From: Reclinomonas americana ATCC 50394
Lineage: Eukaryota
DNA length: 64,000 bases
Direction: 5' to 3'
Assembly: GCA_048213135.1 (NCBI GenBank)
Contig: PS015122.1
Location: 1-64,000 of the forward strand
Part shown: piece by piece, positions 1-12,437 of the stretch
Position numbering within the stretch: the first letter of the stretch is position 1
Layout of the letters: each line of letters opens with the position of its first letter
The notes under the pieces: model-generated
What the model was told of the DNA's origin: nothing
The model's database searches: none
What the model saw: only the letters and a program-made list of their open reading frames with translations
Position numbers and translations under genes: made by a program

Positions 1-624
1 TAGGCCTCGGTGCGGAAACGCGAGTGCACGTCCTGCACATGCAGCAGCAGCAGCAGCACAGATAATGAGAAGGTGCGCAGACGACGAGTGACTTGCTTCA
101 GTGTCACTCAGCGCGCACCATGGTCATTGTGTAGAGCTGCCTGAGCGACGACATGGTGCGCAGCAGCAGCACCACGAGGCCGCCACCCTCCACTGTTTCC
201 ACCGTGCGCGCCAGCAAGTTGGGAGTGAGCGCCTCAAAGTCCTGCAGCACCAGCATGCCGAACGTGTTGCCGAGGATCTTGTGCGTCTCCGAGTAGTAGC
301 AGTAGCGAATGTCAGTGGACGAAAGGAACAACTCGAACGGATCGTCGGCATCGGGGTCCACCAGGCCACGCTGCATCAATTTCTTCATGCCACGCATGCG
401 CTTCTTCTTGTTGCTGGAGTTGTCAACACGGGAAATGAGTGACACACACAATGCCAATGGAAGAGGAAGAGTGCGTGACGCGGAAACCTGGTGAAGCCCA
501 GATCCTTCTTGTAGCACCACAGAACCGATGGCCGGGCCTTGACCTGGCATTTCGACAGCATGTAATGCAAGTTGACGATCTGACAACGTGCGACGAGCAG
601 TGAGAAAGGGCGCCACACAGAGTC
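1..624 (-). CDS. NAT10: NAT10/Kre33 RNA cytidine acetyltransferase, N-terminal exons (contig inverted in the scaffold)
   Basis: Spliced minus-strand translation gives IVNLHYMLSK..RPSVLWCYKKDLGF..KKRMRGMKKLMQRG..DPFELFLSSTDIRYCYYSETHKILGNTFGMLVLQDFEALTPNLLARTVETVEGGGLVVLLL, the conserved N-terminus of NAT10/Kre33. Confidence 0.93.
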
Positions 625-859
625 NNNNNNNNNNNNNNNNNNNNNNNNNNNNNNNNNNNNNNNNNNNNNNNNNNNNNNNNNNNNNNNNNNNNNNNNNNNN
701 NNNNNNNNNNNNNNNNNNNNNNNNNNNNNNNNNNNNNNNNNNNNNNNNNNNNNNNNNNNNNNNNNNNNNNNNNNNNNNNNNNNNNNNNNNNNNNNNNNNN
801 NNNNNNNNNNNNNNNNNNNNNNNNNNNNNNNNNNNNNNNNNNNNNNNNNNNNNNNNNNN

Positions 860-1353
860 GCATCAAAGCCCTTGAAAATGAACTCAAAGAGTGTTTTCAA
901 ATTCTCGGGCGACGGCGATGTCACGAAAATGTTGCTGTAGCCGTACGCGACGGCAGCACTCATCGCCAGTCCGAGAGCGGCCGACTTACCGCGACCACGA
1001 GCAGCAGTGAGCGCCACGGTGGACCGCAGTGTCTTTTCCGAAATCGCCTCCGCAAAGGTGAGCACGGCGCGCGCCTGATCCACAGTGCGCGTGCATGCGA
1101 TAAGAGATCCCACTGGCTGCGTGTCCTCCAACGACGTCTTCAACGCCTCCAGCTCGGTCCGACTGGCCGACGCCGACTCAATGTCCGACACCTCCACCGG
1201 ATGCACGAAGCGAGTGGCTCGAGAAATGGACGAGAGAACATTCAACTCGTCGTCGACCACCAGGCACGACTCGCAGGCCGCCAACGACAGCACCAGACCT
1301 GCTCACCCACACCACCCTGTCAGTGGTGCTCCTGAGACACACACAATCACTGC
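860..1353 (-). CDS. NAT10: NAT10 helicase-domain exon (second inverted contig)
   Basis: Translation gives LSLAACESCLVVDDELNV..VALTAARGRGKSAALGL..YGYSNIFVTSPSPENLKTLFEFIFKGFDA. It ends GAT GC, which joins in frame to T CTC GGG TAC at 1566 on the + strand (D-A-L-G-Y). Confidence 0.93.
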
Positions 1354-1565
1354 NNNNNNNNNNNNNNNNNNNNNNNNNNNNNNNNNNNNNNNNNNNNNNN
1401 NNNNNNNNNNNNNNNNNNNNNNNNNNNNNNNNNNNNNNNNNNNNNNNNNNNNNNNNNNNNNNNNNNNNNNNNNNNNNNNNNNNNNNNNNNNNNNNNNNNN
1501 NNNNNNNNNNNNNNNNNNNNNNNNNNNNNNNNNNNNNNNNNNNNNNNNNNNNNNNNNNNNNNNNN

Positions 1566-4490
1566 TCTCGGGTACGAGGAGCACGTGGACTACGGTGAGC
1601 GGATGGGAGGTAGCTGTGCGATTCTGGTAGCCGCATGCTGAGTCAGCTCGTATCTCTTTTGCAGAGCTTGTGCAGAGCACGAATCCAGAGTTCAACAAGG
1701 CCGTGGTGCGTGTCAACGTCTTCCGCAGCCACCGGCAGACAATCCAGTACATTAGCCCGGAGGATGCTGCGAAACTGGGTCAGGCCGAGCTGGTGGTGAT
1801 TGACGAGGCGGCCGCCATCCCGCTGCCGCTGGTCAAGAAGCTGATGGGTCCCTATCTGGTGTTCATGGCCTCCACAATCAATGGCTACGAGGGCACTGGT
1901 CGCAGTCTGTCGCTCAAGCTCATTCAGCAGCTGCGTGAGCAGCAGCAGCAGCAGCAGTTGCAGGCGCCGGCACCAGCTGCCGCCGGCGGTGCGTCTTCGT
2001 CCTCCGCCCCTGCTCCTCTCGGCGATGCGGTGGCGGGAGTCACTGGGCGCATTCTTCGCGAGGTGCAGTTGGAGGAGCCGATTCGTTACGCTCCGGGTGA
2101 CAAGGTGGAGAAGTTGCGGAGACTGCGAGGTTGCTGAATTGCCATTGGTTCGGCGTGTTGCTTACAGTCTATCTCCTTTAGGTGGTTGTATGAGCTGTTG
2201 TGTTTGAATTGTGCCACTGTGCCGCGCTCTGGCCGAGGCTGCCCGCACCCGTCCGAGTGTGATTTGTTGCGTTTGCACTGGTCGGTGACATTGATACGCC
2301 TGCTGCTGCTTACCGTTCTCGCCGGGCAGGTATTTTGTCGAGCGCGACACGCTGTTTTCGTATCACAAAGCCTCGGAACTGTTCTTGCAGGTGGGTGTGC
2401 ACACTCTGTCGGTCCCGGTCTCTCTCCATCATTCGTGAGTCTCACAAGGGCGCCTCGAGCAGCGCATGATGGCCCTCTACGTGTCTTCGCACTACAAGAA
2501 CACACCAAACGACTTGCAGCTGATTTCGGATTCGCCCTCGCAACAGCTCTTTGTGCTGCTCGGTGCGTGTGTCTGTGTGCTCTCCCACTCTTTCAAGAGG
2601 GGCACCGCTTCTCACCGCCCCCTACTGGATGCAGGTCCCGTGTCGGCGTCGGACTCGGCCGTGCCCGACATTCTGTGCGTCATCCAGGTGGCGCTGGAGG
2701 GCAAAATCACCCGTCGCAGCATGCAACACAATCTGAGCCGTGGTTTCCGCCCGAGCGGAGATCTGCTGCCGTACACCATTGCTCAGCAGGTGAGGGACTG
2801 CGAAAGACGATAATTTTTCGCCTTGCGTACATGCATGCAAGTGGTTGCTCACCACTCGTGCACACAGTACCAAGACGACACGTTTGGTTCGCTCTCGGGC
2901 GCACGCGTGGTGCGCATTGCCACGCACCCGGATTTCCATCGGGTGCGTTTGTGTGCAGGAGGAAGAGAGAGATCGATACATGCCTCTTCGTGCACGCCCC
3001 ATCTTTGCTCACTGTCTGTGGTACTCGTAGATGGGCTATGGTTCGCGAGCACTGGAGCTTCTCTGCCGATACTTCCAGGGCGAGATGACGTCGTTTGCCG
3101 CCCCCATGCCTGCACCGCGCAAGTCCAAGTCTGCAAAGGTGGAAGAGACTGCCGCTGCCGACGATGACGACGACGAAGAGGACGAGGATGAGGAGGAAGA
3201 GGGCGAGAAAGGGGCGCGCAAGAGCAAGTCATCAAAGAATGGCTCTGCAGTTGCGTGCATGTCATCGCACCCTTTTTTGTGTGGTACTCCCCCACCTGGC
3301 TCACACTCTCCCTCCTCTCTGTACAGGCGTCCTCCTCCGGCTCCTCGTTGTCCACGGAGAAGATTGGTGTGCGCTCGGCACTCCCACCGCTGCTGCAGCG
3401 ACTAGACGAGCGACCGGCTGAGCACTTGCACTACGTTGGCGTGTCGTATGGGTTGACGCAGCCACTCCTCGAGTTTTGGTCGCGCTCCCGCTTCCGCCCC
3501 GTGTATCTCCGTCTGACCACCAACGACCTCACTGGTGAGCACACGTGCATGATGCTGCGTGAATTGGATCTGGCCGCCATTCCACCGTCGGCGGACGATG
3601 TTGTGCCACAAGGTGGCTGGCTCGACGCTTACGTTGCCGACTTCCGACACCGTGTGGCTCACTTGATGGCCTACGAGTTCCGCGCTTTCCCGTCCGCCTT
3701 GGCGCTCTCTGTACTCATGCCGAGCACGGAAATGAGCAAGCTGGCTGCGCCCAAGCCGCTGACGCTGCCGGAGATCGAAGCGCTCTTCTCGCCCTACGAC
3801 CTGCGACGACTGGACAGCTACAGCCGCAACCTGGTCGACTATCACGTCATTATCGACATGTTGCCGGTGCTGGCGCAGTTGTACTTTTCGCGTCGCTTCA
3901 CCTTTGCGCTGTCGTACTCGCAAGCGGCCATCCTGCTCGCGCTCGGCCTGCAGCACAAGACCGTGTCGGATCTCGAAGTCGATTTGCGCCTCGGCAGCAG
4001 TCAGATCCTGGCCCTCTTCAACAAGATCATGCGCAAGGCTGCGGCTGCACTGCGCGAGGTGGAGGAGGGAGCGATTGCCGCTGGTCTCCCTTCTCGACGG
4101 CGTGTGTCGTCGGTGTTGCCGGACGCCGGATCGTCGTCCATGGTGTCACTGAACGAGGAGTTGACCGAGGCCGGCAGCGAGGCGCGCAAGAGAATCACCG
4201 CCTTGCTGGAGGATGATGAACTGAAGGGGTGAGTGGAGCGCAGGCAGAAGAGGAGGGATGAGAGAGAGTTTTGTGTTGTCTCACTGATTTTCATGTGCAG
4301 ACTGGCCATTGCTGGTGACGAGGAGGACTGGAAGGCTGCACTCAAGGGCGTAAAGGACCCGACGCAGATCAGTGTCAAGGCCGGCAAGAAGCGAATTGCC
4401 GACGAGGGCACGGCGGCGGCGGGTGCAGACGATGGCAGCGACAGGAAGCGCCGAAAGAAGGAGCACGGGAAGAGTGGCAAGAAGCGGTAA
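1566..4490 (+). CDS. NAT10: NAT10/Kre33 central and C-terminal exons (helicase, GNAT and tRNA-binding domains), multi-exon
   Basis: Motifs QAELVVIDEAAAIP, STINGYEGTGRSLSLKL, SSHYKNTPNDLQ, GARVVRIATHPD, MGYGSRAL and YHVIIDMLP, then a Lys-rich tail with stop at 4488-4490. Confidence 0.96.
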
Positions 4491-5119
4491 TGCGGGGGAA
4501 GGCACGACAGTGAAGCGAGTCGATGAAATGAGGTGGCGCTGACGGAGGTAGGGCGCTAAAGGTCACACAATTCGAGGCAACAAAGTACATTTTCCTGCGA
4601 GCCGGAATGCTGGATGCATNNNNNNNNNNNNNNNNNNNNNNNNNNNNNNNNNNNNNNNNNNNNNNNNNNNNNNNNNNNNNNNNNNNNNNNNNNNNNNNNN
4701 NNNNNNNNNNNNNNNNNNNNNNNNNNNNNNNNNNNNNNNNNNNNNNNNNNNNNNNNNNNNNNNNNNNNNNNNNNNNNNNNNNNNNNNNNNNNNNNNNNNN
4801 NNNNNNNNNNNNNNNNNNNNNNNNNNNNNNNNNNNNNNNNNNNNNNNNNNNNNNNNNNNNNNNNNNNNNNNNNNNNNNNNNNNNNNNNNNNNNNNNNNNN
4901 NNNNNNNNNNNNNNNNNNNNNNNNNNNNNNNNNNNNNNNNNNNNNNNNNNNNNNNNNNNNNNNNNNNNNNNNNNNNNNNNNNNNNNNNNNNNNNNNNNNN
5001 NNNNNNNNNNNNNNNNNNNNNNNNNNNNNNNNNNNNNNNNNNNNNNNNATTTGCGCGCGCAGATTTCGCGCCAACACGCGATCGGAAATAAACAAACAGG
5101 TTTCACAATAACAGGCGTC

Positions 5120-8100
5120 TCACCGACGCTGCGGCTTGGCGGCGTTGCTACCCTTGGCAGCACGGCCACCACTACCGGGAAGTGACCGCGAACGGTCATC
5201 TAACAGCACCGACTCGAAAGACGACGACATAAATCCGGAGGCGCCTCCGCCACCCGCAGTCGGAAACGCTGGTGGATGCACACTCGCCGGTGGCGACTGC
5301 ATGCACGGAATCACGGACGAGTGTCAGACAGAGAGACAGAGGGCGTGCACAGCAGAGAAGAGACAATCGCACCATCAGTGAATGCGCGTGATTGGATCCC
5401 GAGTCTGTGCGCGAGAACACCACCCTCTGCGCCTGCAGATTGGCGGTCTTGTTCTTCTTCACCGTTGGCTGGCCCAGCGCGCTGAACGCTTCCTCGGGCA
5501 AATCCAGGAATGACGGTGTCGTCCGCGGAAAACGAAGCTGCCACACGTTGTCGATGAGCATCTTCAGCAACAGCAAAACCAACGACGACGACGACGACGA
5601 CGCAACAGCACTGTTGGAGTCCTCTCCACTGCCGCCAGACGACAACGGCGTCGACGGCATGGACAGAGACAAGGAGGACGCCACAGCATGGAAACCGGAG
5701 AAACCAGTTGTCGACGACTGCCGCGTATTCGAGTGCCGGTCAGCATTGAACGTGCAACGCAACGCAAAACACGCACACGCACCGTCGAATTCTTGCGCGA
5801 GACCGGCTTTTGAATGAGGTCGCGAACCTGACGCGAGTCTGCATCATCATCATCCAGCGTGCTGACATGCGACCTGGACATGACTTGAGCGTGCCGCTTG
5901 CGATTCTGTGTCGACGACATGCACCCAGTTACACACCGCAGAGGGCATCACGACACTTTACGCACACACGCACACGCACCATTTCTCGCATCCGACGTCG
6001 CTTCTGCGCTTGCTGTTTGTTGCGCTCGGCCTCTTCGTCACTGTCGGCACTGTGTGGATTCGACAATTCTTGCGATTGCGACAGGGGAGTGTGCAGACTC
6101 GAACTGTCGTGCGACAAGCTCGCGGGCAAGCTGTTGCCTTCGGCTCCGAACGGGTTGCTCGAGGACATGTTGCTGTGCGCATGGAAAATCGGTCAGCAAC
6201 CGCACGTAGCCGCACCACCTCACAACGGAGAAACGCACCGACGCTTGAGGGGCGGAGCATCCAAGGACAAGGGCGTCGTCGGTTCCACATGGTCCATGGC
6301 AGTGGAGCACATGGTGCGCGCACTGCGTTTTTATGTCAATACCAGCAAGCAACAGAGACTCATATTAGTTAGTATCACACGTGCGTACCGTTTCCTGTTG
6401 GTGCTTCGTTTCAATGCGAGACTCTGGCCGCCCTGCGCCAGCGCACTCAGCGAGGCACTCGAGCTGGCAGGCACCAACAGACGTGGCGGCGCCGTCGCCG
6501 AGGAGCGCGACTTGGTCGATGCCGACGACGATTTCGAGCTGTGTGATCGTGGTGCCACACCAAACATTTCGGCCAACTCGGCAATCTGCAGTGCAGTGAG
6601 TGCGTTGAGAAAACCAGGTCGCGGGGCAACCATAGCCACTCGCTCGCACCTCTGCATCGTCGTCCTCATCCAGCTGACGGTAGTGTGCACGGACAGCTTC
6701 CGCCTGCTCCACATCGTCTTCCTCCTCGTCCTCCTTCTCGTCAGCAGCCAGCGTGTCGTCCACGTGGTCGTCGACCTCATCCTCATCGTCCTCATCATGC
6801 TCGTCGGCGTCGTCGTCGTCGTCGTCGACGACGCCAGACAGACGAGGTCGACGGTCGGCCCCCGGCTCCATGTCTTCGTCCTCCTCCACATCGCACTCGG
6901 CTGAGACGAAATCGGAGCGCGGAAGCACCCGGCTGCTGACAGCTTCCCGAACCGGTGACTGGTGCAGCGGCGAAGGCGGCGGCGACCGATGCAGTGGTGA
7001 TGGAGGCGGCGTCGGCGATCTCTCATCGTCCGCCATGTCTGCCGACGGTGTCGTCGCGGATGCCGGCGATGGCAGTGAGGCGGCTGGCGACACTGCTGGC
7101 GCAGCATCACTTGCCGACGTCTCCGGTTTCTTGTCTTTGCGCTGTGGCAACCAGGGGAATTTTCTGGTCGTCTTCTTCTGCGGCCTGGTCGACACACAAT
7201 TGGAAACGTGTGAGATGGTGGTGTGTGGAGGGATCGACAGTGAGTGTCGGAGCACTCAACTTTTCAAAGATAGAGTAGATTGTCGGTTTGGCGGTGTTGG
7301 CCGCTGGCGAAGCTCTGCAAACAACACATCACCGCGTGAGGCGATTCATCTTGCGCGCGAAGAGTGAATGCACTACGCAACACAAATGGCGGTGGTGGAG
7401 GTGGTGGAGGTGGCGGTGGCGGAGGTGCAGGCGATTCCATTTCCTTTTCCTTGGGAGTCGAAAACGGAGCAGGTCTGCAATGCACGAGTGAGAAAGCAGC
7501 TACGCCATTCGCCATGCTCAAGAGGCGCTCACCGTCGACTGTCGAACAATGCAGGAGACTCGACCCTGCGGACGGAACGAGGTTACCGAGTGAGCATGCG
7601 GCCGACGAGGCGCGGCGAGGAGTAATGCGCAACTCGGTGGGATACTGCGACTCCGTCAGCAAAGACTCTGGCAACAGAAACGTACGAACGCTGTTGTCCT
7701 CGTCGCCACTCTCCTGCGAGTCCTTCTCCTCTTTCTCCTCCTTCTCCACCTCTGCATGCTCGACCGGCGGTACAGGATCATTGTCTGCAGCAGCAGCATC
7801 ATCTACAGCTGGCGGCACAGGCAGTGGTGTGTCGTCAGCAGCATCGTCTACAGCTGGTGGCACAGGCAGTGGTGTGTCGTCGGCATCTTGCGACGGCAGT
7901 GGCGGCAATGCCGATTCGTCCACCGGATCCACAGCAGCGGGCACAGCATCGGTGCTGTCATCATCCACTGCCTTTCGTGGTCGAAGTCCCAGATCCCCCA
8001 ACAAGTCGTCATCGTCCTCCTCCTCTTCCTCCTCCTCCACCTCCTCTTCTTCCATTTCATCTCCGTCGCCATCCTCCTCCTCATCGTCGTCACCCCCATC

Positions 8101-10843
8101 CACCTCTTCCTCGTCATTGTACTGGGTACGACGAGCGCGCGATCGCCTGCCGGTCTCCTCTTCGTCCTCCTCATCGTCCTCTTCTTCTCTTCCTCTCCTC
8201 CTCCGTCTGCGACTCGTCTCCTCGTCGTCGTCGTACTCGTTGTCGCCGTCGTCATCGTCAATGTCCTCGGGCACTGCGCGCTTCAGTCTCAGCATGGGAG
8301 CGTCGGCGGCGGAGCGCGGCACCAGCTTGGACATCAACGACGACTTTGCATCGACCAGTCGAGCCTCTTCGTCGTCGTCAAACTCCAGTTCCACCATGCC
8401 ATCGTCCTCCTCGCGCTCCGGCTTCACCACAACCTTTGGCAGATCGTCGGGCACCAGGCGCCGTTTGGACAACGACGTCAATCGCTGCTGCAACATGTCG
8501 CGGAACGATGAGAGTCCGGCGTTGAAGCTGGTACGCGGCTGCATCGACGCGGGTGCCGGCAGTGTGCGACGAGCCTCGCGCACCAGCCGATCGTTCTCCA
8601 CCAGATCGGCCAACGACAACCCCGACGGCTTGCTCCGTTTGCGCTTGCTCTGCGCAGGCACACTGTCAGGCAACACCCTACAAGGGTTTCCTCAAAAACC
8701 ACGCACCGGTGCTTCGCCGCCTTCCTCGTCATCACCACCACCGTCCTCGTCGTCTTCGTCATCGACATCGTCCACCATGCGACGCTGTTTTTTGGAGATG
8801 CGCTTCCCACCTCGCCGACCGCCACCATCGTCGTCATCGTCGACCATGAACCCACCGTCGCCGTCACCCACCGGCAGCGCCTCCAGCTCATCCAGGAACG
8901 AATCGCGCTGCTTTACGCGCTTCTCGCGACGCGCCGCCAGACCACGCGACATGGCGTTCTCTTCGTCGGAGTCGTCGCTCGTGGTGGTCTCATCGACATC
9001 CGACTCGCTATCGCGGCGTCGACGGCGTGGACGCGTCTCTTGCCCCGGCAACACCAACCGGCGTCGCCCGCCCTGGACCTTGACGGTGCGAATAATGGGG
9101 CGTCCGTTCTCGTCAAACTCGGCACGCGGACCGCGCGACATTTTCTCTCCCGGGGGCGGCAGCTTGCAAGCCTGCAGCAGGCGACGCGCTCGATCCTGCT
9201 GCTTCTCGGTCAGTGGCACGGCAGCATTGCCAACCTTGCCAGAACCAAGTGCGCGTCGAATCGCCTGCGAGAAAAGAAAATGGGCATGCGAGCGACGGCA
9301 CTTTGGGATCTTTCTACTTGATGACAACAGAACCTTCACGTAGTTGAGATTGAGTCGACCAAAATGGTCGCGGAACGGAAGCTTCCACGTCTGGCGCCGA
9401 TGTCGCTCGCCCACCACCAGGTAATCGTAGGGCTTGAGAAACTTGCGCCGCACCGACGAGGTGGGTTCGTCGCTCACGGCGATTCCTGCAGACGCAAGTG
9501 AGTCGAGAGAGCATGGGAAGGGACTCACAAAAAAACAGACCTTCCAGATCGCCAAGTGTGGACGCCGAGTCAATGCTCTCCGCATCTTCGTCATCGCTGT
9601 TGCCGCCTTCCTTTCCATCAGCAGCGGCACCGCTCTCTGTGCTGGCAGGCGTGGCCTTCTTGTTCTTCCACACTCGGCGCGGAGGTGGTGGCGACTTGGG
9701 TCGTGGTTGCCGTTTCTTCTTTGGCGCACTCTGCGACGTCACTGCAGGACCACGTGCACTCGCTGCATGTTCTCGCGTGTGAGCGCAGCAGAGTCATGTG
9801 CGGGGAGAGAGAGAAAAGGTGGAAGCAAAGACCTTTGCTGACGACATTGCTCTTCTCCTTCTTGCCGTCGCCCTCCTCCTCCTCCTCTTCTTCTTCTTCA
9901 TCGTTTCCTGCGTGACAACACCCAGTGCATGAGCGCACGCGCGCAGACTGCGACAAACACAAGTGAAACACACACCAGAGTCGCTTTTGCCGTCGGTGGT
10001 TCGCTCGGCATCGCTGTCTGCGGGCGGTTGCGACGATGCATGTTCCTTCTCGTCGTCGCCGGCATCCTCGTCCACACACATCTCACCGTCGTCGTCGTCG
10101 CTCGACGCTGGTGACGCGCAAATAAACAAAGAAGCAAGGGAAAGGAATGCATCAGTGGCCACGCACCACTCTCTTTTGCCTTCTTCTTTGTCCTTGTCGT
10201 CTTCTTCTTCTTCTCCTTGCTCTTCTTCGACGCACGAGGCTTGCGCTGCTTGACACTGGCGCCATCATCCTCCTGCTCATCTGCGACCTCTGCTACGTTG
10301 TGAGCGATGAGCTGAGCTGACTACACGCATCGCGCCAAACAACACACCATCGTCCTCTGGCGGCGCATCGTCGTCCACTGCACCACGAATGAGTGACAGA
10401 ACAACGACATTATCAACAAAAAACACGTACCTTGCATGTTTTCATGATGCTCCGTCTCCTCTGTCTGTATCTCCTCCTCCTCCTCCTCTTCTACCTCCTC
10501 TTCATCTTGCTGCTGTTCGGAGACTGCGAGGAGAACCCTGTGAATACAGACAAGAGACAGAGAGACAGAGAGAGCAAGAGAGACACAACGCAACTCTCGC
10601 TGAGCATCGCAGTCACCACACCGCGGAACTCATCAAAGCACTCGCGACCATCGAAGCCACATCGTTCTTTGAGTTTCTTGGCCAGCTGTGTGTGTGTGTG
10701 TGAGAGAGAGAGACGCAAACAGTTACACTTTTACATACACAGTGTGTTTGTGTTTGTGTGTGACGCACCTTCTTCAACCCGCATGAGGTCAAGTCGACCT
10801 CCTCCAAGAGAGCACGCAGGCTCTCTCTCGCGCGCTCGTCCAT
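5120..10843 (-). CDS. Large acidic multi-exon protein with an N-terminal DEK_C-like helical domain and an Mrc1/Claspin-like acidic region
   Basis: Starts MDERARESLRALLEEVDLTSCGLKK|LAKKLKERCGFD (DEK C-terminal-like) and has long D/E-rich exons. The segment FVSAECDVEEDED..VDDHVDD..AVRAHYRQLDEDDDAE resembles the MRC1 domain. The family call is by eye only. Confidence 0.5.
7785..7890 (-). repeat. Coding tandem repeat (DDTPLPVPPAVDDAA x2 plus a partial copy)
   Basis: The 45-nt unit containing ctacagctggYggcacaggcagtggtgtgtcgtc occurs twice. Confidence 0.8.
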
Positions 10844-10931
10844 TCGCTGCTCGTTTGCCTTTAAGGGCGGGAATGTGTGACGTCACAGCGGCGGGAATTG
10901 CATTGTCCACTCACATTAATCCAACAACGCC
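10844..10931. promoter_or_regulatory. 88-bp bidirectional promoter with two E2F-like GGCGGGAA sites flanking a TGACGTCA (CRE) palindrome
   Basis: GGCGGGAA at 10866 and 10890 and TGACGTCA at 10878-10885 lie between divergent ATGs at 10843 (-) and 10932 (+). Confidence 0.6.
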
Positions 10932-11638
10932 ATGGCCAAATCACTGCGAAGCAAGGTGCGTGTGTGTGTGTGTGTGCGTGTGTACGCTGATGGGAGAGTT
11001 GGTGGGAGTAGAACGACGCGGACGAGAGAAAGAGTGTCCTCTTTTCGGCCATGTGCACATTCACATCACCAGCTCACTCACACTCCGCTCACACTCGCCA
11101 CACAGGTGAAGCGCAAGTGGCGTGCGGTGGCGCGAGCAGGAGCGGAGAAGTTTGAAGACGCGCGCTTGCAAAGGATCGCCGCGACGCTGCAAAAGTCGTT
11201 GGAGACGCACCAGGCCACGTTGAAAGCCACACCCACAGACACGCCGATGGTCACCACTTGTTGCGTGCCACTCCCTCCTCTTACAGTCTCTCTCTCTTTG
11301 CGCGCGTATCTCATCTCGTTGTTTTTGTAGTGGAGAAGCTCGACGCCGAGATGAGAACACTGGAGGAGAAGGCCGGCTCAGCATCATCTGCTCCCAGTGG
11401 CGATGTCGCCATGGCATCATCATCAACAACAGCAGCAGCAGTGGGAGGTGGGTCCAAGACACTGCGCCCTCGTGGCAAGAAGGTGGTTGTCAAGCGGCGT
11501 CACAATCCTCAATCGCGATCGGCCGACTCGCCCGGACGTCGCAAGCACAGCGGCTTTGGCGGCAAGAATCTGCAGCGCAATCACGTGCGGAGAGTGTCGG
11601 CGAGTGTTCCGCGTCGTGTGCGAGGCAAGGGCATGTAA
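10932..11638 (+). CDS. LLPH: LLP homolog (LLPH/LAPS18 family), 3 exons
   Basis: MAKSLRSK|VKRKWRAVAR matches the family N-terminal motif MAKSLRSKxKRKxR, and the C-terminus is basic. Confidence 0.75.
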
Positions 11639-11699
11639 AAGAGCAGTGTAGTGTGTGAGACAATGAAACCGATCGTCCGTCTTGATCTCGTGTTTGTCG

Positions 11700-12430
11700 A
11701 TGCGATTGCACGCGGTGAGTCGCGGAAGAGCTCTGTCTCTGCGGTGATCGTTGTTCACACGCACGCACGTACACACACACAGGTGCATTTTGATCGCAGA
11801 AAGAGTTGCGTGCTCTGATCGGTGATTGTGTTGCATGTGCGCTGACAGACAGACACCTCCGCACAGATGAGTTTGAACGCTCCTTTCCTGCGGCACTGGA
11901 TGGCAAGGTAGCGCTCATAATCACACACACACACTCTCTCCCTATCTTTCATCATCTCACACGATGGCAGATTATCGCCTCGGACTATCACATGGCGATT
12001 GGCAAGCTGAACGGGGCGCTGCGTCGCGGTCGCAGCTTCTGGTTCCTGGTCTTTTTTGTGCCCGTGTGCCTCGTGGTCATGTGGGCCGTCTACGCCCCGC
12101 TGCTGTTCATCACGGCCGCGCAGCACTCGCAGCAGGCGCCGCCGACGATTTCGTTGGTCGTGCTGGCACTGGTCACGGTCGGACTGGTGGTGTTGGCGGT
12201 GCGCGAGTTGTGGCGATTGTTGCAGCCGGTGGGTGCACCTGCTCTCCCTCCCTCTCTCTCTCTGTTTTGGTCTGACGTGTGAGCACGTGCAGTCGTGGAG
12301 ACGACTGGTGCCGGTGCTGGAGAATNNNNNNNNNNNNNNNNNNNNNNNNNNNNNNNNNNNNNNNNNNNNNNNNNNNNNNNNNNNNNNNNNNNCACGTCGT
12401 CGGATTCCAGCCGTACGACGAGGCGGTGAC
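11700..12430 (+). CDS. Small membrane protein, Erf4/Golgin A7-like; 3' end interrupted by a gap
   Basis: Spliced translation MRLHA|VHFDRRK|NEFERSFPAALDGK|IIASDYHMAIGKLNGALRR is followed by two hydrophobic helices. The F..FP..L.G...N pattern resembles the Erf4 domain. Confidence 0.45.
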
Positions 12431-12437
12431 GGTGAAG

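Noticed and set aside
1-1566. NAT10 split across both strands, suggesting a scrambled or trans-spliced gene
   Set aside because: Every strand switch coincides with an N gap. The pieces lie in correct N-to-C order along the scaffold, and flipping 860-1353 gives a seamless GAT GC|T CTC join with 1566. This is a contig orientation artefact.
5064-5072. E2F-like TTTCGCGCC next to a gap
   Set aside because: It lies between two convergent 3' ends with no visible downstream start, so it cannot be assigned a function without the gap sequence.
4375-5199. ORFs spanning N gaps (also 55144-55905)
   Set aside because: Their length comes from untranslatable N runs.
7364-9343. 659-aa Ser-rich + strand ORF and similar long antisense ORFs
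   Set aside because: It is the shadow frame of the D/E-rich minus-strand exons in GC-rich sequence.
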